64,000 nt of DNA from Trichoplax adhaerens (Eukaryota; Animalia; Placozoa), in contig NW_002060943.1 in NCBI RefSeq assembly GCF_000150275.1, positions 3,740,008 to 3,804,007 of the forward strand. Reading direction: 5' to 3'. The notes under the pieces were generated by a model. It did not search any database. It was not told the DNA's origin and was given only the letters and a program-made list of their open reading frames with translations. Positions 28,638 through 41,535 of the stretch are shown here, piece after piece. Made by a program: the position numbers and the translations under genes. The first letter of the stretch is position 1, and each line of letters starts with the position of its first letter.

Positions 28638-29075
28638 GACCTGATCAGCATGGTATCAGTACACACTACTGTACACAGTGTAGGGTGTGCTTCTGCTGAA
28701 CCAGCTGGACAGACACCTCATGAAAAATTGTCAGCAATCCCCGATATCATGACAATGGATCTAGTGCTCTAGAAACCTTTTAAACTGTCAGTGGACGTTT
28801 GAAAAATTTTCTAGGACAAGATTTTTGGACTCGTTTCTATCACAGCTGTGATCAATGTTGTATGCCTGTTACGAGTATCCACCTCTATACTCATATGTGT
28901 TCGATGCAGCCAAAGTTAGTTGTTGCATTGAGAGGTTCGCTTGGTATCGTCATTGATCTCTCTACAGTATATTAGCTGGATTTATCTGTCGCAGTAATAA
29001 AGTTCCTTTTTTCGATCGGCTACCATCTGTACTTCGTTATATGAATAGCATCACAATCGATGTAGTCCTGTATAA

Positions 29076-29136
29076 GCCAAACCTTGGACTACTAGAAATC
29101 ACTCCCATCCTGTAATATTTCTAGTAGTCCATTGGC
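29076..29136. repeat. Inverted repeat with perfect 15-bp arms
   Basis: tggactactagaaat (29085-29099) and atttctagtagtcca (29117-29131), with a 17-nt loop and an outer gccaa/ttggc pair. Confidence 0.9.
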
Positions 29137-29497
29137 AAAGCGATCAGTAGATGGGGGATACTACTGGCAAATAGCAATTGGCGATTTCTGGATACAGACG
29201 TGCGGACGGCTGACATTGAGTTCAGCACAGCCATGCCATACGGTATAATCGCATCACAACGACTTGACCGCTTTACTATCGCTCCAATCGCTTGAATCCG
29301 TTGTTAAGTAATCAAAAGTGATTTTTTTTTGTACTGTACTAGTAGGGGTTATTGTCATTTCTAATACAATACGTTAAAACTCATTGACAATTTTTTTCCA
29401 CTCCTTCAATCGTTTGCCTTCCAATCGAAGCTGTAAATTGACTGATGATTTCCTTGTTTATTGCTATTTTTAATCGTTAGACAATTTTTAAGAGAGT

Positions 29498-31402
29498 ATG
29501 GGGCAATCAAATTCATCACGATCAGCTCCACCATCAAGCCCTACCAGTCCTACCCAGACCACAGCACCTGTACAAGCTCGGCCACGCTCGAAGACAACCC
29601 AAACACGTCCACAAACTGCGAACGTGACGACTAAAATTAAGCAAGAAGAAGTAATTCCATCTTCTCCAGTATTTGGTTCACCGTTAGAAGAAAACGATTT
29701 CTTTATTTCTAAAAGCTCACCGCATAATGAATCGATCAGTTCCGATCTTGTAGTAGAAGTGGACAAGGATAAACTACCTACGGTCTTTCGTTGGTCAGGA
29801 GGTGGAAGCAGTGTTTACGTTGCAGGAACATTCACCAATTGGAAGAAAATACCTTTGGTCAAGAGGTAACCATCACGTCATAACGTCCAATTTTAGACTA
29901 CTTGAATACTTAAACTTACACTTTGAGTTACTGTTGGCGATAAAATACTTGATATGAGCTAATAATGTCAATAAATCACCATGTACAAGTGACCAATCGA
30001 TGCTAACCATAAATAAAAAATACTTACTTTACTAGCGTCATTCATGCTACCCATATTGTTACGGTATCACTTTGAGATAGAGCGTACCAATAATTGTTAA
30101 GATAATTAAAACTCATTTTCTACTTTCTTTCCTCTTGCTCATTCCTCCAATGTGACCTTAACTTCGCACTATACCATCATGGCTAAAGTCATAGCAATTT
30201 TGTTACCATTCTTGATATCCCTGAAGGTGAACATCAGTTTAAATATTTTATTGATGGAAATTGGAGACACGATGAGAATCAAGTGAGTATCACCAATATC
30301 TACAGTATAATTAATTAATAGAAAATTACAATCAATAAAGTAGTCGATACTCTTTTCTTCCTGTTGTAAAGACGAATTAATTATAACCAACTGCCATAAT
30401 ACTGTAGCGTTCTAATTGGAACAACGCTAAAATGTTTCTATGTCACTGTAGTCAATTTCAGCTCTTACATGCAATGTGGTATCACATTTCTTATTTATTA
30501 AATGTACACTTATTTTAACAACTAAGAGAATACGGATATTAATACGCATCTACATACGGGTATATTTTCATCTAATAACTTGTCTATATTGGATACCCAA
30601 TTTGTAGAAAGTCATACCTGATCCTTATGGTGGTGTCAACAATATTTTAAATGTGCAAAAGAGCGATTTTGATTTAGATTCAATCGAAGCTGACTCAGGT
30701 AACGAGAAGAACGTATAGAAAACCAACTATCACGATCGACTTTGTTTTCAATTTTTTTAACAATGAACGATCTACATGTCTGTATCTACTTATTCCATAT
30801 TATTGTGATAGTGACTCGTATAAGAACGAACAAGTTGATCATTTCTGATATGCCTGTTTGTACATTTATTACTTGTATTATTGTGCAGGTAAGCTTTCCA
30901 GTTCACCAGATGGAAGTTACACCTCAGAAATACCAGCTACTCTACAGGGTTCTCAGGCTGCCCCACCAGTCTTGCCACCACATCTCCATTATGTCTTATT
31001 AAATCAAGACCCGCCATTACAGGTAATCATTTTGTAATAGAGCTTATAACCTAATATATGTCTTTACTTTGTCCATTTATACTGTATGTTAATTTTTACA
31101 ATAACATTCACATATCATACTCTATTGATGTACTATGATATCTATACTCAATAGGGAGAGCCGACAATATTGCCCGAGCCTAACCACGTTAGTTTGAATC
31201 ATCTGTATGCTCTATCTATTAAGGTACTATAATAACTTTTGTTTTTTTTAAAGCATGCTACATTTTAAGAATGCTAGCCCACATTGCAATTATCAGGCTG
31301 ATATCGTCTTCCTTCATTTAATAGGATAGCGTTTTAGTGCTTGGAGTTACACATCGCTACAGGAAAAAATATGTTACCACGTTGTTATATAGGCCATTAT
31401 AA
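29498..31402 (+). CDS. PRKAB: AMP-activated protein kinase beta subunit, 6 coding exons
   Basis: N-myristoylation-type MGQSNSS, carbohydrate-binding module PTVFRWSGGG..VYVAGTFTNWKKIPLVKS/HSNF..IPEGEHQFKYFIDGNW, then LSSSPDGSY, PPVLPPHL, LPEPNHVSLNHLYALSIK/DSVLVLGVTHRYRKKYVTTLLYRPL*. Confidence 0.97.
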
Positions 31403-33003
31403 CAGTATTTCTTTCAATTAAACTTTATTTCTCAATTCAAACTGAAAGCAACACTTGGATCGCCGCCGCTGTTAATTTCAAGAGTTGCTTAATACTACCA
31501 AAGTAAGCTTTGCTTGAGATACTATCAACTATAAGTCGATAAACTTTATACCTGCTTATGTACAGTACCATGTAGTTTTTACTTTCGCTGAAAGTAATTT
31601 ATACTCATACCTGAAAGTGAATAGGGTCAAGTATAAATTAAACTAGGAAAATATAAAACAATATCACACCTTTTTGTAGATATGTCGATGTTATGCATGA
31701 TAATTTTTATGTTGCTTCATCACATATTAATTATTGGTCATTCTCTAGTAGTGTTTGAAGTGAGTTCGATACAGCTTGATAAAGTGCAAGGTCATTTCGT
31801 ATTTGTGATTGCAATATACCTTAAAAAGTATAGCGCGAGGAACAGATAAACTTTTGTTCTTTTATACTATGTAATCTTAACATGTGCACTTGCATGCAGC
31901 ACTAAATTTGGTCCGCTAAACTGAAAAACACTAAAATTACAAGTCAACAAATTTCTTATGCAATGTAATCAAGTTTATTAATGTATTACCATTATGAGAT
32001 GAATGTCAATTGTACAATATGAATTATCGAATAAGTATAAATTAAATCTGTTTTATGATTTTAAATTCTGTACGAATAAATCAGATAAATGCCTATTTTA
32101 TGGCCATCTAAAAATTAAATTAGCCTCAATTTTTTGAATTAAAAATTAATTCGTAGCACCGGAAAAAAATAATTTCTAAATACAATGCATTAAAAAAGAT
32201 GCGAAACATTATAGCAATAACTGTAATCCATCTATTTTCATTTGTAAACTTTCAAGGTCAATAGATAGATGTAAGCATAAGTTTTAACTACGTTTCCTAA
32301 ACTATAAAATACGCGCTTATTAATATAACCTTGCACTGTAAAGACAAATACTCAAATGAGCACGCAGCTACTGTATGCTGTATAAATCAACATAGAATGT
32401 TGCTATACAAACGAATAACGCCTTTTGACATATCTACGATATCTATCAGATATACGTGTATCAGTTTCCTGTTTGCGTCAATACAAATTTAAAATGATAA
32501 ACATAAAATTGAAGATTCTCTTTTCAAACGCACTATCAACGCTAGCTACAATCTTGACTTGTAAATACGTTTATTAAAGTGTCCAATCAGAAAAATCTTT
32601 TTGCAATCGATTAGAGACAATTCATACATTTGGAAATATTCTTTGCAAATCAACATTTTTCACGGCGTCTTTATTACACAAACGAAAGATTGTATCCCTT
32701 AAGACTCGGCTAAAAGCTTTGTTATTGATGGTGAGTAATAAGCTATGACCAAAGGTTATGATTAGATATTGACTGTGCCATCCTTAAATCAATAAAAAAA
32801 ATAGTGTATTCTACGCTGTACTCGCTAGTTTCTGAATCTAATATACTGTATATATAAAACTGATGATTTACCGTACTACAAATGCATATTACATGAGCGT
32901 CATAAGTAATTAATTAACAAAATTCATATGACTCAGACGGATATTGCCAAATCACTTATTGCCAATATTATACAGTCCTTCTCTTTATAAGATTGTTTCA
33001 CTA

Positions 33004-36000
33004 CTATAACACCTTTACAATATCAATTTGTCCGCATCCAATTAAGCGTCCTTCATCTTTTACAACATCCGGACCAATTACCTTTCAAAATAAATATTTC
33101 AACAGTTAATTACTTAGTGCATAATTATTATAAAAATGAGAAATATGTACAAATTAGTACATAATCGATCTCCTTTTACGACGCACCATTGGAAATCTCA
33201 ATGACTTTATCGTCTGAAAAGACTTAATTGCTTTATCCAGTGCCATTGCAACTATTTACAAGAAATTAAAATGGAGCTATTCATTGTATTACAGTATAAG
33301 AGATGAAAATGTACAACATTACGTATAGTATCAAGCGTAAATAATTGCGAACACTGTCCGTACCAGATTGAAGATCTTGCTTGCCAACTAAGCCGGCTGA
33401 TTCTAGTTCATTAGTTATACTTTCAATAGTATCTAAAAGAACACATATTCTTTCAACAATTTTATCGTAATATATGTAAATCTTCTCTCCTAAATAATAT
33501 AGCTATTGCAACCCGACCAGAATACTTCTTATCATTACATAATATGTTATCTGAATATGCTAATCTCAATTTTAAAATAAAGACCGATCAATATGGTTAC
33601 CTTTGTCTTTTACAAATTCAAATTCAATTTCATTTAAACCTCCCTTTGGAGTCCTATATTATAATATTAACATTAATTTCAAGGCTTCCAAATAGCAATG
33701 GTAAATGTAATATATCATTAACCTAAGCTTGAGTTTTAATGTATAATGTTTCGGCATCGAAATACCAGGATAATTAACTGTAACCTAAGGTAGAATTATC
33801 ACTTTATTAATTGGCCCTTCCAGGAAATCAGTTAACTACAGTAACAAAATCGTTAGTCGGTTTAATAAACCCTACTGAACGGGAGGATTCAGAAACTGGC
33901 TTTGGTTCTTGCCGAGACGGTTGTTTCTTCTCCTTTGTCATCGCAACACTTCCTCCAGTTTCGGTCGTCTTTCCTGAGTGTGAAGCATTTTGAGTTGCTT
34001 CTTGAGATTTAGAAATTGCCATAGCACTTGTACCAGATGCTATAGATTGAACGCCTACACTATCTTTCTCTTTATCCACTTTACTATCATTTTGCGGTAT
34101 TTTTTCTGTGCAATTAATAAATATTGACGACATTATGAAACACTACTTTTGCAGGAACCAAATACAATAATTAAGAAAGGCTTTTAGTGATTTTATAAGT
34201 TTTAGTAAGTCTTTTCTATTGAATTAATAACATACTTTCATGTAAGGCAGGCTTCGGCTTGTTATCTACAGGCGGCGTCTTAGTAGTTGGATTTTTCATA
34301 TCTGCAAATGACAAATTTTTGGTAGGTTTCGTCTTCTTTGGTTCAACTTTCAGGTTTTTCGTTACTTCATTAGAAGAACTCTTTGTGCTAGACTATATCA
34401 GATAGTACATTGCAAGTTATACATTAGTACCGCTAGGTTTAATTGTTAACAAAATACTGTCATATTCCGGCCACTACGTTTATAGCCTATCACCAAATTA
34501 TTGAGCACAATCCTTTGATGAATTATAAAATTGTTCGGATCGTAAACCATACCAGATTTGACACAGCCCCAGCAGAGGATTCATCAAAGTCCTCCCCATC
34601 CGACCAAGTCCAACTTCCATCTTCGGCTCGATGGAGTACACCGCTCGCTCCACGTCTGTAGTCCCTTTTCTTAACTTTCATCTAGTGTAATCGTAAGATG
34701 TTTCAGCATTACTTTTGCACAGATATCAACATCGCATTAGTAATTCTTATTTTCAATATGTTATTGGTATTCAAGTAGTTAACCCAGTTACACAACAAAA
34801 TCAAATAACCTATTTGATCAACTCCTGCCTATGCATGCTATAATTTATCAATTGTTGTATAAGAGAGCAAATTTATGAGTCAAAAGGCATCGATTTAATG
34901 TTTGAAAAGCAACGTAATATAACCTTATTCTCTTTTTCTTCTAATGTAGGAGCTTTATTAAGGAGATGCTCTTTAATATAATCCTTATCCTAAAACATCG
35001 ATACATTTATTCGCTACTCAATCATAGACACACAACAATCCCGATATTTATCAAACGAATATATCCAACCTTTGCTTTCTTAAAAAATGGATGCTTTAAC
35101 AGTTCGGTAGCATCGGGCCTAGATTAAATATTTTCATTTGATTACAAAACGTATCTAAAGTAGCTTGCAGAAGATTATATATCACTGAGGTGCAAGATTT
35201 TGCAAGATTCTGTGACAACTTCTAACTTTATGCTGCAAAAAATTATGTCGATCTTGTACCTCGGTGTTATTTAAGGCATAAAAATTTTACATAATATAAG
35301 ATAGTTGGCAGACAAAGTATCACGACATCATTATAAATTACAAATGTAATGCGAAAAAGTACCGCCTTCCAAACATAACCCTTTATCATGCGTCACTATT
35401 TAATAGATGGTAAATTAGTTGTTGCTGTATATTAACATTAATGTATACGAAACTTATGCCATAGCAAAGGATTTTACAGTAACCTATCCTTGGCTACAGT
35501 AGACCTTCCATTTCACATAGTGCCTACTGTTTTGTAACGGCTTTCTAACTAAAATATTCCCATTTACCCAGTGTCACATACTAATGAAGCGGTATACAGA
35601 AGCGAAATGAGTATTATTAATTATATAATTACATAAACGCAGGATTGCTCCATGCTCTAAAATATTATAGCATTGTTCACATTTAGTCTCCTTCAATTAT
35701 ACGCTACTGTAAACAGCTAAGTGAAATTTAATTTTTAGAATACTATCAAGATAAAGGATCCAAGAGCATATCAGTGTAATGAATGTTTTCCTACCTCCGA
35801 GTAGGTTCCTTCTGAAGGCATGATTCTACCATCTTTCGAAAAACTTTGGAGTACTTCTTTAGGTCTTCTTTATGTTCATCTTGATTCGTTTCAATAGTTG
35901 GCGGATCGTTATTCAATATTAACATCAGTACCTGTAATTATGACACAAAAAAATTAAATTTTATCCAAGTATCGTACCGTTAGTGTCATGCCGTAAAAGC

Positions 36001-39000
36001 AGATTAGTCTATCGCAAATATCAGACCTTCATCGCCGGATATTTCGAGAATGGAGCGGTTCCAGTTGCTAACTCGATAGCAGTTATTCCAATACTCCAGA
36101 TGTCAGCCTTGCTGTTATATCCAGATCCCTGTACAACATATTTAATAGGTTTAGATAAATTCAACCACAGACATCTACCATCTTGCACTATTATCTACTA
36201 GAACTAAGTATATCATAATATTGCAGTGTCTATGATGCCACCGGTAAGAACTAAAACTCTGTTGTGAACTTAACGAGCCAACTTATCGTTCATTTTGTGA
36301 ACCAGAATAGTTTGATTTTTATATATTAGCACTGATTTGATATATGTAAAATTATCATTAAAGTTTGTATATTGCTTAGACAAACTATTCACTGACCAAG
36401 TCTACAACTTCGGGTGCCATCCAACATGGTGTGCCAACAAATGTTTTTCTTACTTTCTGCTTGGATCTATCGGATTCCTCACTAAGCCAATTGCTAACTC
36501 CAAAGTCTACCGATAGAATCGACAAGATCATATTACACCGTATGCAAGCAGATTTACTATCTCTAGAAAACATTCAGTCCGCTACATGTTCAGTAGTTTT
36601 ATCTACTAGAGTGGTAGCAGAATACAGCTAGTCGGTGATGATGAGTTTACCTGCAAGTTGTACAGTGCCATCGGCTGCTAAGAGAATATTCCCTGCCTTC
36701 ACATCACTGAAATAAAGTCGCACAGTATTGATAAAAATTCATTTCAATACTTTTCACTGAAACTACATCTTTCATTGCAAGCACACGAATTACTCGGTAA
36801 CTTATTAAGTTCACACTATCTCTACGTCAAACATGAATAATAACTATCTTATCAATGCAGTACTAATCACCCAAAATATGTATTATGTGCCTTGTATACA
36901 AAAAATATTTAGTAACATAAGTCCAGAGTAGCATTAGAATCCTAACCGATGAATCTGATTGTTGTTGTGAAAATACTCTAAACCCTTCAAAACATCACGT
37001 AGCAGAGTGGCTATAACAACTTCATCTAAAATACCAGCTAATGGCTTATTAGATTTCTCACTCATGGAAACCATGATATCACGTATCGATCCTAAGGAAG
37101 TACAAATATTAAGATTAAACGTTATCGTTACTATAACGGTAATACATCCTGTACAATACAAGAACTGCAGTTGATGTACACTAGATGAGTCTAACAGCAG
37201 CAGCCAAGCAATACTTTAAATATTGTTAGATATACAGTACTTTAGTATGTATGTATAGTAAAATTGTAAATATAGCAAGTCTACTATTAAAGTAATTCGT
37301 AGAATAGTTCTTATTTATAATAAGTTTGGCCAATGATTGAAGTTATGAATGAATTCCAGCATCAGATGTATCGTCACGTAACTAGTATTAATAATATTAA
37401 TTTAGCCTTACCACCAGCTAACAATCTCATAACGAGCCATAATTCTTCTTTTACCACGAATGTAGTATAGTAGTTAGTGACGTTAGTATGATTGCATTGA
37501 CTCATTAGTTGGATTTCTCGCTAGAGATTATTTTAAAAAAGCATTGATCCTTATATTATCATATAATATACATTAATTTTTAAACTTATAATATTATTTA
37601 TATAACAATTCATTAGTTAGATTTCTCACTAGAGATCATTTAAAAGCATTGAGACACTTCTATATTCAGATAATGTACATTAATTCTTATAATTATAGTT
37701 AGCAGTCAAAATTAGGAAAGGATAAATAATTATGAATTATTACTGGTAATGTCTCCTTATGTAGTATTACACAATTAAATTGCAATGACGAATACATAGC
37801 AGTGTAGATTAACGATAGAAAATAATAAGTATGCAAAATCTGTTAATATACCTGGATTTCATTTAATTTAATACCACACATTTCCAGATTGATACATTTA
37901 ACGGCACATGTTTGCTTAATGGGTTTGCAATAACCAGCATAAACAGAACCAGAAGCACCTTGACCTGTATTCAGATATTAGACTAGGATAAGCCGTATGG
38001 AAGCATGATTTCAAGAAAGCTGTTCATACCGTCATTTTATTCCACTCAATCCTTTACCGTATAATACATTGTGCAATTGTTTGTCTTATAACAAACTTAA
38101 AACTTGACACTAACTAAATAATAATAAGTATATTATTAATACATTTTTCTTGAATCACTAACTTACTGTATGATCATTAATCATTATCTTACAATCAGTA
38201 GCATTAAGTGAAAATGCATATATTGCTAGTATAATATAAACAATAAGTCATGGATTCAAGCCAATCAAGTCGTACTATTGTGGCAGTATCGTCTACTTCA
38301 ACGTTTTTGCTCTGTACTAGTTTAGTAGGAGTAGACATTATTTACAAAGTGTTCAGTTGAAAACGAAATTAATACTATATGGCATTCGAGATGTAGTAAA
38401 CATTGATCCAACATTGATCCCAGTAATTACTATTCGTAAGACGCATAGCGATGAGCACGCATCAATCACAAGTCTAGGCTGTGTTCCGGATTACTCCATT
38501 AACTACGAGACTTGAGTCAATACGTGTATGCATAATTGAAATCTTCAATACATTCCCAAATGTTGTAAACAACTGAACTATAGAATACATTGCCAAGTTG
38601 TTACTTCTTATTTGAATTCAAGAATATCCACTATTTCTCCAGCAAGTGTACATTACGTGAAGTATCAAAATTACATAAAGACTTGCTACATAGTCGGTGT
38701 CATTCCCTAGAACGGTAAAATGACTACGTACAGTAGCTACACTACTGGAATATCTTAAGCAATTATTTTTACTATAGCAATTCTCCATTGTAATCGACGA
38801 ATTACAGAATTAATACAAGTTATAGCAATTCATGGTCTATTACTGTCATTCCAACCATGATCGTACAGCGAAATGGCTAGATAGAAAACCCTCCTGTGCA
38901 GTATACTATCAATTTTAATTCACAGTCTCTCTTTCAGCCATTAGTATCCTATCAGGAATTGATTTTCAATCCAACATACTGGACTAGGCTGTTGCTTCAA

Positions 39001-40097
39001 GATTATGTAGCTATTTCATGTTAAAGATAACTGAATGATGGAAAGTATCTTCAAGGACTTTGATACTACTCAATATAGACTCTTACACTTGTATAAGAAA
39101 ATATCGTTTAGGCTTACGCAGGACTAGAAGTAATTTGTACTTTTACGGTAATGACGATGACTATATTATCTTTCAGAATTTTGTTGATACTCAACTAGAA
39201 TCTTATGTACATAAGAGCATATCCTTAGCTTTATGAAGAACTACAAGTCATTCGTACTTTTATGATTATGATAAAGAGTAACCTCAAGAATTTTGATATT
39301 AATCAACTAGATTTCTATACAAGTACTGTATAAGAAAATATCTTTGGCTTTATCAAGGACTACCAGTATAGGAATTGGTACTTGCAAGACAATGACGAAG
39401 AGTATCTTCATGAACTGTAGTATTACTTAACTAGACTCCTAGACAAGTACTATCTAAGTAAATATCGTTCGATTTATGAAAGACTACAAGCGATTGTCAG
39501 TTTTAAGATTATGGCAAAGAATAATTTTCCAGTATTTTGGCACTACTCAACATAGACTCCAGTATAAGAAACATATCTGGAGCTTTAGAAAGGACTAGAT
39601 GTAATTTGTGCTTATAAGATCATGATGAAGAATCTCTTCAAGTATTGTGGTATTACTCAACATAGACTCCTACAAAAGAAACTATCTTTCGCTCCAAAAC
39701 AAACTCGTAGCAATTATTACTTTCAGTACATATTCGTAAAATATTTATTAATTAATGCAATCATTCTAATCGTTCAAGTTATCGGACTAGGAAATGAGGT
39801 GATAATCCCTGTAGATTACAACTTGTAGTACAGTATTTGAATTGCATTTGCCTATCTTACTTTACCACTGATCGTGTAGTACACTATTCATTTAGCTTAA
39901 TCATAAACGACGGCACTAAGAAAACACTTTCGCTCAAGCTTTACTATATGGGCAATTATTCTTTATTTCCTGAGCTAGTGAACATTTCATTCTACTCTTA
40001 AAGGATAGTCGAGAATACCTATCAATTCACGCAGTTCGTAGTCATCACTCTTCCGAGGCCATACAACCTTTTCTTGTTCTCCAACTTTACCTGACAT
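33004..40097 (-). CDS. OXSR1: OSR1/SPAK (GCK-VI STE20) kinase with C-terminal CCT domain, about 17 exons
   Basis: [39 protein letters not shown], activation loop [18 protein letters not shown]-motif [20 protein letters not shown], and CCT domain [38 protein letters not shown]...[10 protein letters not shown]. It is probably a co-orthologue of OXSR1 and STK39. Confidence 0.95.
37503..37700. repeat. ~108-bp tandem duplication spanning an intron/exon boundary of the kinase gene
   Basis: cattagttggatttctcgctagagattattttaaaaaagcattga (37503) vs cattagttagatttctcactagagatcatttaaaagcattga (37611). Confidence 0.85.
39040..39680. repeat. Diverged ~115-125 bp tandem repeat, ~5.5 copies, in kinase intron 1
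   Basis: Recurring blocks atcttcaag..tactcaa(c)(a)tagact..taagaaaatatc..ctttat..gacta..gtactt..atga..aaga at about 120-bp spacing. Confidence 0.85.
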
Positions 40098-40799
40098 TAT
40101 CCTTACTGTATTTCTAGGAAAAATATCAACAATATAAGAAAGATTCCAACTTTCCCCAGTGAAATAGTCCACAATTGAATTCTTACCTTGCCCAATAATA
40201 TCGATTTTGTTGATATAGATGGCAAAAAATAATAATAATACTACTAATCAATGGATTTGATGAAAATGATCGCGAAGCAAACAAAAATCGATTCAAGGCC
40301 GAGAAAAGTTGACGATTGGCTGCCCTGGACAATGTACTGTAGAGTACAGTATATTGGACAATTGTGTTCCAAACTAGTCATTTCTACACTGCTGTCGTAT
40401 ACTGTAATGACAGTGAGTACACTACAGCAGTCGGCTACAGTACGGTACGGCGCACACTCTACACTCTACACTCTACCATTCCCGTCATCGACCAGCCACA
40501 GCCTTCAGAAAAAAACATGGAGTGCTAACTTACCTAACCCAGTATTAGTGATGGCTGAAATCTTCGATTTTCTGAAACAAAGTTTGCATAGACAAGTTGC
40601 AAATGACTGGACAGTACTGACTGAGTCAGTAACGATGTAACAATTTTGTTAATATTGCTGCAGTACGCCAATACTTGAAGCACAGTCGTCAACACAGACT
40701 TATTCTAAAAAATTAGGCCGTTCGAACAACCATTCTCCATTCTTGTCCGTCAAATTCCATATTGAGATCAAGATCAATGTAATTGGCAGTATTAATGTT

Positions 40800-41535
40800 T
40801 TTGGGGTTTTTTTTTGTTTTGAGGGGGGGGGGGATATAATTATAATGCATACTTTAGAGCAATCAAGAAATTTAAATTTCAGGACTATACGAGTATACAG
40901 TACGTTAATTGTATGTGTTATGTGTTTCACGCAGATAATCTATATATCTAAGATAATGCCGTCCAATTTGTTGGTACAATTAAAATGTATACTTTATGAC
41001 AAATCTAGAAATTTATATTTCGGGATTACTGTATATACAGTACTGTATATTATGTATGTGTAATGGTTTGCATAGAATAAAGTATGCTAGTGAACCGTAG
41101 CTGATGATAAAACCTTGAAGATAATCTACCGGTGTATATCAAAAATAATACCCTCCAACTTTTTTTTTTGGGGGGGGGGAGGAGGGAAAGGGGGAGGGTT
41201 GGTATAATTATAACGAATGCTTTATAGTCATCAAGAAATTTAAATTTCAGGACTATATACATTATACAGTACTGTATGTTATGTATGTTACTACAGTGTG
41301 ATTGTATCTAAAATAGTATCGTTCACTTTTGGGGGGATTGATATAATTATATTGTATACTTTTTAATAATCAAGAAACTTAAATTTCAGGACTATATATG
41401 GTACTGTATGTTATGTATGTTACTCAGATAATCTATATATCCAAAATAATACCGTCCAATTTTCTTCTTTTTTGGAGGGGTGGTATAATTATAATATATA
41501 CCTTATAACAATCAAGAAATTTAAATTTTAAAACA
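40800..41535. repeat. Five-copy ~135-200 bp tandem repeat with oligo-T/oligo-G heads
   Basis: The block tataattata...atcaagaaatttaaatttcaggactata...tactgtatgttatgtatg recurs at ~40835, 40975, 41203, 41341 and 41484. Confidence 0.9.

Noticed and set aside
30150-30190. U12-like branch point CCTTAAC in PRKAB intron 1
   Set aside because: The donor is gtaacc, not RTATCCT, and nearby AC ends are out of frame.
33783-33835. Apparent premature stop or frameshift in the kinase CCT domain ([10 protein letters not shown])
   Set aside because: That TAG is a splice acceptor. The true exon (~33723-33784) reads [21 protein letters not shown] in frame.
40251-41262. ORFs of 70-129 aa upstream of the kinase
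   Set aside because: They lie in promoter and tandem-repeat DNA and have no protein-like features.
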